This document shows, piece after piece, positions 18,635 to 26,312 of a stretch of DNA of 58,566 nt. A program made the position numbers and the translations under genes. Numbering within the stretch: the first letter of the stretch is position 1; the number at the start of each line of letters is the position of its first letter. Below the pieces are notes generated by a model, which did not search any database, had not been told where the DNA came from, and saw only the letters and a list, made by a program, of their open reading frames with translations. This stretch comes from an uncultured Gammaproteobacteria bacterium (lineage in GTDB: Bacteria > Patescibacteriota > Microgenomatia > JAMCZE01), in NCBI GenBank assembly GCA_964431075.1, contig CAYSID010000001.1:1-58566 (forward strand), written 5' to 3'.

Positions 18635-18934
18635 GTGAAAGCAAATATTCACCCGCAATATTATTCCGATGCGAAGGTTACTTGCGCTTGCGGGAACACT
18701 TTTACCGTTGGCTCAACAAAACCGACGATTCACGTTGACTTGTGTCATAAATGCCACCCATTCTACACCGGGGTCCAAAAATTTGCCGACACTGAAGGAA
18801 ATATCCAAAAATTTGAGAAAAAACAAAAAGTCGCCGCCGCCAAACAAGCCGTAATAAAAGTTAGAAAAGAGGAAAAAGCCAAGGAGGAATTTCGTCCCAA
18901 AACACTTCGGGAAATGTTATTGGCACAACAGTAG
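18635..18934 (+). CDS. rpmE: 50S ribosomal protein L31
   Basis: 99 aa, GTG start. MKANIHPQYY...C.CG..F...ST....VD.C..CHPFYTG, with a K/E-rich C-terminal extension. Confidence 0.9.
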   Translation: MKANIHPQYYSDAKVTCACGNTFTVGSTKPTIHVDLCHKCHPFYTGVQKFADTEGNIQKFEKKQKVAAAKQAVIKVRKEEKAKEEFRPKTLREMLLAQQ

Positions 18935-18970
18935 TTCATGGTTCATTGTAGAGATCGTTCATAGTAGAAT
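18933..18970 (+). repeat. GTTCATTGTAGAA-family repeat, copy 1
   Basis: AGTTCATGGTTCATTGTAGAGATCGTTCATAGTAGAAT lies immediately after the rpmE stop. It is related to the copies at 19491..19527 (inverted) and 41681..41755. Confidence 0.8.
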
Positions 18971-18976
18971 ATATTT

Positions 18977-19327
18977 ATGTTTAGTTTTGAAAAACTAATT
19001 GTCTATCAAGAATCAATTAATTTCTCGGATAAAATTTATAAAATTACCAAAACTTGGCCAAAAGAGGAGTTATTTGGATTGACAAACCAGATAAGACGCG
19101 CGTCAGTATCTATTGCTTTAAACATTGCTGAGAGTTCAAGCCGGACCAAAAAAGATTTCTGTCACTTTCTTGATCTTTCTCGCGGATCATGTTATGAAGT
19201 CGCTGCTACCCTGCTTATTGCCAGAAAAAATGATTATATTAATGAGTTACAATACAAAAATCTCTATGATAATTGTTCTTATTTAGCAAGCATGATAAGT
19301 GCTCTAAAAAAATCTATACATGAGTAA
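18977..19327 (+). CDS. Four-helix-bundle protein (23S rRNA intervening-sequence protein / Avd-like family)
   Basis: 116 aa. FEKLIVYQESINFSDKIYKITKTWPKEELFGLTNQIRRASVSIALNIAE...SRGSCYEV is the characteristic signature of this family. Confidence 0.8.
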   Translation: MFSFEKLIVYQESINFSDKIYKITKTWPKEELFGLTNQIRRASVSIALNIAESSSRTKKDFCHFLDLSRGSCYEVAATLLIARKNDYINELQYKNLYDNCSYLASMISALKKSIHE

Positions 19328-20246
19328 TAATATTCCCGATTATTTAAAAACCCAAATCGACGAAATTGATAAGAAAATTGTTGAGGCTAAATCTTTGCTC
19401 TCTGACCCTGCTTTTGTGGAAATGGCCAACGAAGATGTTAAACGGCTTGAAAACGAGAAAGAACTATTGCTGTTATCTATTAATTCTGCTTCTACTATGA
19501 ACAATGAACGAAATTCTACAATGAACTCTTACGACAATCGCGATTTATTTATAGAAATTCGCGGAGCGGCGGGAGGCGATGAAGCTAAAATCTGGGGAGA
19601 AGATTTACTCAATATGTACTCAAAATATGCTACAACCCAAGGATGGCAAGTCACTCGAGAAGAACCATTAATGATTAAAATTCATGGCCGCGGAGCCTAT
19701 GGAAAATTAAAATACGAATCGGGTGTTCATCGCGTTCAAAGAGTCCCGGTGACGGAATCCTCGGGGCGAATTCACACTTCGACGGCAACGGTCGCTATTA
19801 TCCCCGAACTTGATGATATTGATGTTCAAATCAACCCTGCCGATATTGAAGAACAGTTTTTCCGCTCCGGCGGGAAGGGGGGCCAAAATGTCAATAAAGT
19901 CTCCTCGGCAGTTCGATTGACCCATATCCCAACCGGAACCGTGGTGACTTGTCAGGATGAACGGGATCAGGGAAAAAACCGGACGAAAGCAATGAACCGC
20001 TTGCGGCAAGTATTGTGGGAAAAAGAGCAGGAACGGCAGACGGCGGAGCTGTCAGCCGAACGCCGTGCCCAAATCGGCACCGGGATGCGCAATGAAAAAA
20101 TCCGCACTTATAATTTCCTGCAGGATCGGGTCACCGATCACCGCCTCGACCAAAATTTTCACAATATCCAAAAAATCATGGAGGGTAATATTTCGGAAAT
20201 AATTACCGCCCTCCAAACAAAATTTACTCAAATCGCTCAAAACTAG
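19320..20246 (+). CDS. prfA: Peptide chain release factor 1 (shortened N-terminal domain)
   Basis: 308 aa. RF1-type PVT tripeptide (RVQRVPVTES), GGQ motif (SGGKGGQNVNKV) and IEIRGAAGGDEA. Carries an in-frame repeat insertion at 19491..19527. Confidence 0.9.
   Translation: MSNNIPDYLKTQIDEIDKKIVEAKSLLSDPAFVEMANEDVKRLENEKELLLLSINSASTMNNERNSTMNSYDNRDLFIEIRGAAGGDEAKIWGEDLLNMYSKYATTQGWQVTREEPLMIKIHGRGAYGKLKYESGVHRVQRVPVTESSGRIHTSTATVAIIPELDDIDVQINPADIEEQFFRSGGKGGQNVNKVSSAVRLTHIPTGTVVTCQDERDQGKNRTKAMNRLRQVLWEKEQERQTAELSAERRAQIGTGMRNEKIRTYNFLQDRVTDHRLDQNFHNIQKIMEGNISEIITALQTKFTQIAQN
19491..19527 (-). repeat. GTTCATTGTAGAA-family repeat, copy 2 (inverted, inside the prfA coding sequence)
   Basis: The reverse complement AGTTCATTGTAGAATTTCGTTCATTGTTCATAGTAGA matches copy 3 at 30 of its first 31 positions. 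It is translated in frame as STMNNERNSTMNS. Confidence 0.85.
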
Positions 20247-20268
20247 TACTCTAGTAATATAATATTTT

Positions 20269-20511
20269 ATGTGTTGCAAGGATACGGTTAAGTCGTTAGA
20301 AGCCTTAATAGAATCATTACCCAGAACTGACACAAGATATTTCGATGTGTTTAGTGTAATTAGTGGACTCACTCAAACTTGTCCTGATTCACATCCAAAT
20401 TATGTCCATGGGGCTAATTTAGGAAACGTTGGAACAATGACTATACAAATAAAGGGGGGAGCGACTTTCCGAGATACACTTTTGAAACAGGCGGCTAAAT
20501 TTCTTCAATAG
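20269..20511 (+). CDS. Hypothetical small protein (doubtful)
   Basis: 80-aa ORF in an otherwise non-coding gap. No motif recognised. Confidence 0.3.
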   Translation: MCCKDTVKSLEALIESLPRTDTRYFDVFSVISGLTQTCPDSHPNYVHGANLGNVGTMTIQIKGGATFRDTLLKQAAKFLQ

Positions 20512-20570
20512 TTCTTGCACACACCGTTGCATACACCGGGTGTGGAGTGAAGCTAAAATTAACAAAGTAA

Positions 20571-20618
20571 GTAATACCCCCTTGACATAAGTAATACTTA
20601 ATAGTATAGTAGTATTAC
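20571..20618 (+). promoter_or_regulatory. Sigma-70-type promoter with GTAATAC operator repeats for the AbrB-PIN operon
   Basis: TTGACA (20582..20587), 17-nt spacer, TATAGT (20605..20610). GTAATAC occurs at 20571 and 20591, and inverted (GTATTAC) at 20612, about 20-21 bp apart. The ATG at 20620 implies a near-leaderless mRNA. Confidence 0.65.
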
Positions 20619-20619
20619 T

Positions 20620-20883
20620 ATGACTATGGTAACTTCAATCACTTCCAAAGGGCAGGTCACAATCCCCGCTTATATTCGCGAGGAATTGGCCCTAATGCCT
20701 TATGATAAGGTTTATTTTTCAATTGACGAAGATAAGGCGATTATCAAAAAAGCCGTTGATTTTTTTTCCATGGGCGGATCAGTTAAAACCAATAAAAAAT
20801 TTAATATCAAAGCCATGACCAAAACTGCTCAAAAATATGTCGGAGCCCGTTATTTAAAAAGATCGCATGGCAAGGATAATTGA
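20620..20883 (+). CDS. AbrB/MazE/SpoVT-family antitoxin (VapB-like)
   Basis: 87 aa. ITSKGQVTIPAYIREEL swapped-hairpin motif. Overlaps the downstream PIN gene. Confidence 0.8.
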   Translation: MTMVTSITSKGQVTIPAYIREELALMPYDKVYFSIDEDKAIIKKAVDFFSMGGSVKTNKKFNIKAMTKTAQKYVGARYLKRSHGKDN

Positions 20884-21259
20884 CACAAATATTATTATCA
20901 GGTTTTTAACTTCTAATGACCGGTTATTGGTAGAAAAAATCGCTAACTATTTAAAAAATCCTGGTACTAAGTTTGTGTTGACAGATGTTGCTATTGCCGA
21001 ACTTGTTTGGGTGTTATTATCAGTTTACACATTACCAAAGGAGACAATTATTGAAAAAATCGAAGGGTTAATTGAACTTTCAAATTTTATTTTAAGTAAA
21101 TCGCTAATTTCAAGAACGCTGGCCCTTTATTCTCAAAACAATATTGATTATATTGACGCTTACCTCGCTGCCTACGCCATTGAAAACGAGATCACGGAAA
21201 TTGTCTCCTACGATAAAGATCTTAACAAAATAAAATCCCTCAAGCGCGTCGAGCCGTAA
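20867..21259 (+). CDS. PIN-domain toxin (VapC-like)
   Basis: 130 aa. N-terminus IIDTNIIIRFL, later acidic residues (TDV..AE, DAYLAA..., SYD). Confidence 0.8.
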   Translation: MARIIDTNIIIRFLTSNDRLLVEKIANYLKNPGTKFVLTDVAIAELVWVLLSVYTLPKETIIEKIEGLIELSNFILSKSLISRTLALYSQNNIDYIDAYLAAYAIENEITEIVSYDKDLNKIKSLKRVEP

Positions 21260-21305
21260 ATTCCCCCAAAACTTGCAAAATAAATACTCCGGGGTATAAT
21301 TTAAC

Positions 21306-22442
21306 CTACTCCCCCATCTCACTCAACGTAGTCTTTAAAATTTTTGTCTCGCTCCCCCTATAAATTGTTAACTCGATTGTCTGGCCGGGTTTGTAAGAAG
21401 AAATTAATTTTGCGAGGCCGCCGTCGGCGTCGCGGACAAGTTTACCGTCGATCTTAGTTATTATGTCGTCAGCTAAAATCCCGGCTTTTTCTGCCGGCGA
21501 ATCGGCCACCACATTGGAAATATACGCCCCTTCCGGAACCTCGTTTAAAATCGCCAGTTCACGGGAAATCATCCGGTATTCCACTCCAAGATAAGCCTTT
21601 GGAGCAAATGAGCCGTTATTTTCAAAATTTTTTAATGATTCTTTTAATAAATTGACTGGCAAGGCGAAACCGATATTTTGGGCATTTTGGGCAACGGCAA
21701 CATTGACACCGATGACCTGCCCCGCGGAGTTTAACAGCGGCCCTCCGGAATTGCCGGGGTTAATCGCCGCCGAGGTTTGGATAATATTGGAAAGTTCTTC
21801 ACTGCCGGAAAACGGACTGCCGGCGGTTATATCCCGGCCCATTCCGGAGACGACCCCTGTCGTCACGGTTGATCTAAACTCGCCCAGGGCTGTTCCTATC
21901 GCCAGGGCAAATTGCCCAACTTGCAATTTAGAGCTGTCGCCCAACTCCACAACCGGCAATCCGGAAGCGTCAATTTTTACTATCGCCAAGTCGTTATTGG
22001 GATCACGGTAAATTTTAACCACCTCAAAAGTTTTATTGTCCGCGGTAATCACCCGATACTTTGCCTGAGTGTCCCCCACTACATGTTTATTGGTCACAAT
22101 CAACCCTTCACTTTTGACGATAAACCCTGACCCAATGTCCTGTTTGACTTGTTTAGTCCCCCGCTGCTGAGGAATCCCGAACCCAAAGCCAAACGGGTCA
22201 ATACCCCAATCAATCACCGGCTGGTTTTTAGTAATCCCGATAGTCACCACCGCCGGAGTCACTTTTTTGACAATCTCGATAGTCACCGATTCTTCCGTTA
22301 CTATCTTTGTCTCCCCAATTGGACTAATTTGTCTAATCTGTCCAATTTCTAACTTAGGCAATTCAAAATTAATTTTTTTAGAACCAACAAGAAGTAGAAG
22401 AATAATAATTATTAGTGATAATAAGGTTAAAATCTTTTTCAT
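21306..22442 (-). CDS. HtrA/DegP-family serine protease with PDZ domain
   Basis: 378 aa. N-terminal TM helix, catalytic triad context (TNKHVV; DLAIVKI; GNSGGPLLN), C-terminal PDZ. Confidence 0.9.
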   Translation of the reverse strand: MKKILTLLSLIIIILLLLVGSKKINFELPKLEIGQIRQISPIGETKIVTEESVTIEIVKKVTPAVVTIGITKNQPVIDWGIDPFGFGFGIPQQRGTKQVKQDIGSGFIVKSEGLIVTNKHVVGDTQAKYRVITADNKTFEVVKIYRDPNNDLAIVKIDASGLPVVELGDSSKLQVGQFALAIGTALGEFRSTVTTGVVSGMGRDITAGSPFSGSEELSNIIQTSAAINPGNSGGPLLNSAGQVIGVNVAVAQNAQNIGFALPVNLLKESLKNFENNGSFAPKAYLGVEYRMISRELAILNEVPEGAYISNVVADSPAEKAGILADDIITKIDGKLVRDADGGLAKLISSYKPGQTIELTIYRGSETKILKTTLSEMGE

Positions 22443-22453
22443 CTACAACGATG

Positions 22454-22530
22454 TCATTGCGAGCGAAGCGAAGCAACCTTCCTTTAAGTTTTAAGAGGAT
22501 TGCTTCGTCACCACGTTCCTCGCAATGACA
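22454..22530. repeat. Long imperfect inverted repeat (GTCATTGCGAG...CTCGCAATGAC hairpin) between htrA and ctpA
   Basis: Left arm GTCATTGCGAGCGAAGCGAAGCAA (22454..22477). Right arm TTGCTTCGTCACCACGTTCCTCGCAATGAC (22501..22530). The outer 11 bp and inner 7-8 bp are complementary. Confidence 0.8.
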
Positions 22531-22533
22531 ACC

Positions 22534-23781
22534 CTACAAAAGTTTAATCGCCTCGATCAATTGAGTATCAATATCAGGCGTTTTCTCATCGTTTTCTATT
22601 TTAACATCCGGCGTCAAGCCCGTGCTATTGATCCAAACACCTGATGGTAAGAGCCACTTGGAAACGGTAACGTGCAACCCGGCCCCGCCGGGCAAGTCCT
22701 GCGCTTCCTGTACCGATCCTTTACCGAACGACTTGATTCCAACCAGCTTGACCCGTTTGTGATCGCGCAGCGCCCCGGCCAAAATCTCCGACGCCGAGGC
22801 CGAACCTTCATTTATCAGCACCACCAAAGGAATCTCCAGCAATTTTCCGGTTCTTGCCACTTTATATTCCTCGCTCGTCCCATTGTTATTGTCCTGTTTA
22901 ACCACTAACAAGCCTTGTTTTAAAAACTCGCTGGCAACATAAACCGCGCCCTGCAGGTAGCCACCAGGATTATTTCTCAGATCTAAAATTATTCCTTTAA
23001 TTTTGAATTTTGAATTTTGAATTTTAATTTCGTCGATAATCCTGTCCCAATCATTATTGGTATCTTCGCCAAATCTTGAGAGCCTTAAATAAACGAGATT
23101 GCTGTTAAGTGCAGCCGATCCGGTGGCATCAATTGTTTTCCACTCGACCGACTTGATCGTTATGACGTCACGAATTATATCGAATTCGAGCGGTTTCTCC
23201 GTTCCCTCGCGAACTATGGACAAATGAACATTAGTGTTTTTTGGCCCGCGAATTTTAGAGACCGTTTCCGGCAGGCTCCAATTATAAGTCTCGTTGCCGT
23301 CCACTTTTATTATCCAATCCGCGGACTTAAGGCCAACCACCTCCGCCGGGGAACCGGAAAGCGGCGCGACGACAATAATCCTTTTTTCCCTAACCCCCAA
23401 CTGGGCCCCGATTCCCTCAAAACTGCCGTTCAAACTCTCCTTGCTCTCCTTGTTTTCCTTCGGGGGAAGAAAAACCGTGTACGGGTCACCAATGCCGGCA
23501 ACCATTCCGGAAATTGCTCCCCACACCATTTTCTGGGGTTCTATTTTGGTTTTATCCACATACTGCGAGCTTACCCGGTTCCAGACTTCCCAAAACAGGG
23601 AAAAATCCGCCGGCGCGGGGTTTTGAGGCAGCCGATTTTCAATCTTAAATTCCGGGCGGAAATTTTTAATCTGCACCGCCACTCCTTCAAGCCCCGCTCG
23701 GTAACCAACACCACCACACAAAATCCCAAAAGTAAGAATAATTATTAAATTTCTAAACAAATTTAATTTAATTTTCATCAA
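22534..23781 (-). CDS. ctpA: S41-family carboxyl-terminal processing peptidase
   Basis: 415 aa. N-terminal TM helix, PDZ domain, LDLRNNPGGYL and GSASASEILAGAL motifs. Contains a 7-bp tandem repeat. Confidence 0.9.
   Translation of the reverse strand: MMKIKLNLFRNLIIILTFGILCGGVGYRAGLEGVAVQIKNFRPEFKIENRLPQNPAPADFSLFWEVWNRVSSQYVDKTKIEPQKMVWGAISGMVAGIGDPYTVFLPPKENKESKESLNGSFEGIGAQLGVREKRIIVVAPLSGSPAEVVGLKSADWIIKVDGNETYNWSLPETVSKIRGPKNTNVHLSIVREGTEKPLEFDIIRDVITIKSVEWKTIDATGSAALNSNLVYLRLSRFGEDTNNDWDRIIDEIKIQNSKFKIKGIILDLRNNPGGYLQGAVYVASEFLKQGLLVVKQDNNNGTSEEYKVARTGKLLEIPLVVLINEGSASASEILAGALRDHKRVKLVGIKSFGKGSVQEAQDLPGGAGLHVTVSKWLLPSGVWINSTGLTPDVKIENDEKTPDIDTQLIEAIKLL
23004..23024. repeat. Tandem repeat (TGAATTT)x3 inside the ctpA coding sequence
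   Basis: Read directly, flanked by TAATTT variants. Translated as IQNSKFKIK. Confidence 0.85.
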
Positions 23782-23974
23782 ATTTTTCTATCTCTAGATA
23801 AAACACTTCCCCTTTATTTTTAAATTTTAAAAAATCCCGGTAATTAATTGAGCCGGCCACCAAACCGAGGTACCCCTCGACTTGAGCTTTCTCGATATCC
23901 TCAAGATAAATGTGCCCTTTAATTTTTTTGACTTTTTCGTCTGGTTTTTCTCCCAGAATTATTTTATCTGCCAT
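23768..23974 (-). CDS. Hypothetical protein (translationally coupled to the upstream ORF)
   Basis: The ATG at 23974 overlaps the stop of 23964..24404 (ATGGCAGATAA). No family recognised. Confidence 0.45.
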   Translation of the reverse strand: MADKIILGEKPDEKVKKIKGHIYLEDIEKAQVEGYLGLVAGSINYRDFLKFKNKGEVFYLEIEKFDEN

Positions 23975-24404
23975 GAGTGTCAATTATAATACCTATATCC
24001 CCACCGGTCGCGTCAACAAGGAAATTATTTTTATTGTCAATTTTGAATTGACCGTGAAGTTTTACCCTTATTTTTTTAGTTTCCCCTTTTGCCAAAGGAA
24101 TAATAAAGTATTTCCCGTACGGGATCTTTGTCTTATCAACTTCTACTCCAATTTCCCCAATTTCCCCCATTCTCCCAACCGGACAAATCGCTGTTCCCCA
24201 CTCCCCGATTTTTGCAACTCCCACCGGTGGCTTTTCTTTAAATAATTTAGCAATCCCTAGGGCTCTTTCAAAATCAGTATTCTGTTCAATCTCAATTCCA
24301 TAGAGTTTATTCCCCACCCAGTTTTCAAAGGCAATAATGTCCGCTACCGGCTCGGTAAGCCACGGGGAAAGATCATTATAAGTCAAATCCATCATCGGTG
24401 ACAT
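23964..24404 (-). CDS. Hypothetical protein
   Basis: 146-aa ORF directly downstream of rpsR. No family recognised. Confidence 0.5.
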   Translation of the reverse strand: MSPMMDLTYNDLSPWLTEPVADIIAFENWVGNKLYGIEIEQNTDFERALGIAKLFKEKPPVGVAKIGEWGTAICPVGRMGEIGEIGVEVDKTKIPYGKYFIIPLAKGETKKIRVKLHGQFKIDNKNNFLVDATGGDIGIIIDTHGR

Positions 24405-24410
24405 TGTAAC

Positions 24411-24644
24411 TTAAGAAGCTATAAAAGGTAAATAAGCAAGATGGCGGGCACGTTTAATAGCCACTGATAACTTTTTCATATGCTTGGCGCAAACGCCGGT
24501 ATAAGCCCGCGGTAAAATCCGACCGCGTTCGGAAATAAAACGGCGCAACTTTTCCGCGTCTTTATAATCGGGAACCGTCTTATTTTGGCAAAATCCGCAA
24601 TCTTTTTTTGTGAACTTTTTCTTAGTAATTTTTTTTCTTTTCAT
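24411..24644 (-). CDS. rpsR: 30S ribosomal protein S18
   Basis: 77 aa. C.FC.......DYKD...L..FISERG.ILPR..TG.C.KH.......IKRAR.LA.LPF. Confidence 0.92.
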   Translation of the reverse strand: MKRKKITKKKFTKKDCGFCQNKTVPDYKDAEKLRRFISERGRILPRAYTGVCAKHMKKLSVAIKRARHLAYLPFIAS

Positions 24645-24669
24645 ATTTCAATTTTTCCGTCATAATCCC

Positions 24670-25128
24670 TCAAAAGGGAATATCGCTGGCATCGACGTTT
24701 TCCATTTTGGGCTCTTCCTTCTGTTCCTCGATTGCCGCTGGCGGGGATTCAACTGCGGTGGCTGAAGGCGCCGCCGTCTCAATCACGGTCTGTTTCGGCG
24801 TTAAAATCATCATATCCTCAATCACGATCTCCGTCTTAGTTCGCTGAACGTTATCCTGACCAGTATAACTTCTCGTCTGAATCCGTCCCTCGACGTAAAC
24901 CTTCATTCCTTTGCGCAGCATCTGAGAACAAATTTCGGCAAGTTTATTCCAGACGACGATATTATGAAAATCAACCTCCTCCTTGAGTTCTCCGGTATCT
25001 GACTTCCAGCTGCGGTTTGTCGCCAAGCCAAAAGTCGTCACCGCGGTTCCCTGCGGCGTATACCTCATTTCCGGGTCTCTGGTGAGATTCCCGATCAACA
25101 TCGCTTTGTTTAACGATCTTCCCGCCAT
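24670..25128 (-). CDS. ssb: Single-stranded DNA-binding protein
   Basis: 152 aa. OB-fold N-terminus LNKAMLIGNLTRDPEMRYTPQGTAV..F.LA and acidic tail ending DIPF. Confidence 0.92.
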   Translation of the reverse strand: MAGRSLNKAMLIGNLTRDPEMRYTPQGTAVTTFGLATNRSWKSDTGELKEEVDFHNIVVWNKLAEICSQMLRKGMKVYVEGRIQTRSYTGQDNVQRTKTEIVIEDMMILTPKQTVIETAAPSATAVESPPAAIEEQKEEPKMENVDASDIPF

Positions 25129-25370
25129 ACTAATAAATGTCTCAACACTTTATCTTCCAATTTCAACTTATTTTCAAGATCCGAAACGTCAGAGGGAGTC
25201 ATTTCCAGTTCGCAGTAAGAGAAAATGGCTTTGTTTTGTCTCTTAATATCGTAGGCCAACGGCCTTTCCACCGGCTTGCCGACTTTCAGAATTTTTATTT
25301 TTAATTTTTTCAAAAACGCTTCAAGATCAAACTCCCCCCTAAAAATAACTGTCAATTCATAACCTCTCAT
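25110..25370 (-). CDS. rpsF: 30S ribosomal protein S6 (short)
   Basis: 86 aa. MRGYELTVIF start. rpsF-ssb-rpsR gene order. Confidence 0.8.
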   Translation of the reverse strand: MRGYELTVIFRGEFDLEAFLKKLKIKILKVGKPVERPLAYDIKRQNKAIFSYCELEMTPSDVSDLENKLKLEDKVLRHLLVWREDR

Positions 25371-25382
25371 AGCCTTATTCTA

Positions 25383-26312
25383 CTAAACCCCAACCTTAAA
25401 TTCAATAACGTCCCCGTCTTTGACTTCATACTCCTTACCTTCAAGCCGGACTTTACCAGCTTCTCTTGCCCTCTTATATCCCCCAAACCCCACATAATCC
25501 TCATATGCTACGACTTCGGCTTTAATAAAGTTTTTTTCAAAATCCGTGTGAATAACCCCCGCGGCCTGTGGGGCTTTGGTTCCCATTTTAACAGTCCAAG
25601 CACGGACTTCTTTATCTCCAGCGGTTAAAAAAGAAATAAGCCCCAGCATCTCATAAGCCTTCCTGATCAACCGGTTCAACCCCGGCTCTTCCAAACCATA
25701 TTCCTTTAGTAAAGCCGTTTGATCTTCTTGTGAAAGTTCGGCAAGTTCCGCTTCCAATTTCGCGTCTATCCTCAGTCCCTGACTACCCAAAACCCCCTGA
25801 TCATCCTGATAACTGACATTATAAACATACAAAATTGGTTTTTGGGCAAGTTTTGGCGCCCCCTCTTTGGCTTCCAAATCCGCAAGTTCCAATTCGGTTT
25901 TAATAAGCTCTATATCATCTTGCGGGCTAACGCTGCCCTCTCTAATAATATTTTCGTCTTTAAAATCCCGGACCACTTCGCAAATTAAATCCACCTCGCG
26001 GATATGCGCTAAAAATTTATTGCCAAGCCCGGCCCCGGTAGAGGCCCCTTTAACTAGCCCAGCAATGTCCACAAATTTGACAGTTGCAGGAATAATCGGA
26101 GGGTTATAGTCTAATTTTTTTTCAAATTTAACCAATTTTACCAATTCATCCAATCGTCTATCAGGCACCGGGACAATTCCCACATTCGGCTCAATGGTCG
26201 CAAAGGGATAGTTGGCCACCAGCGCCTGTTGCTTTTTTAACAGCGCGTTAAACAACGTCGACTTCCCCACATTGGCCAGTCCTACGATTCCGACTGATAG
26301 ACCGCAACTCAT
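25383..26312 (-). CDS. ychF: Ribosome-binding ATPase YchF (short form)
   Basis: 309 aa. GIVGLANVGKSTLFNAL, YPFATIEPNVG, and a C-terminal TGS-like domain (RAWTV..G..AP.AAGVIHTDFE..FI.AEV). AGGAGG RBS upstream. Confidence 0.9.
   Translation of the reverse strand: MSCGLSVGIVGLANVGKSTLFNALLKKQQALVANYPFATIEPNVGIVPVPDRRLDELVKLVKFEKKLDYNPPIIPATVKFVDIAGLVKGASTGAGLGNKFLAHIREVDLICEVVRDFKDENIIREGSVSPQDDIELIKTELELADLEAKEGAPKLAQKPILYVYNVSYQDDQGVLGSQGLRIDAKLEAELAELSQEDQTALLKEYGLEEPGLNRLIRKAYEMLGLISFLTAGDKEVRAWTVKMGTKAPQAAGVIHTDFEKNFIKAEVVAYEDYVGFGGYKRAREAGKVRLEGKEYEVKDGDVIEFKVGV

Noticed and set aside
20269-20511. 80-aa ORF in the prfA-TA gap as a real gene.
   Set aside because: It has no RBS-like sequence that I could see and no motif. 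It is retained only as a low-confidence feature.
9770-23040. Short tandem repeats (heptamers, 9-mers) considered as possible CRISPR or minisatellite arrays.
   Set aside because: The units are 7-9 bp with no spacers and lie inside coding sequence. No repeat-spacer architecture or cas genes occur anywhere in the window.
23768-24404. The two overlapping ORFs downstream of rpsR considered as a single frameshifted gene.
   Set aside because: The overlap ATGGCAGATAA is a normal stop/start coupling arrangement with an ATG for the second ORF. I could not tie either ORF to a known family, so no frameshift claim is justified.
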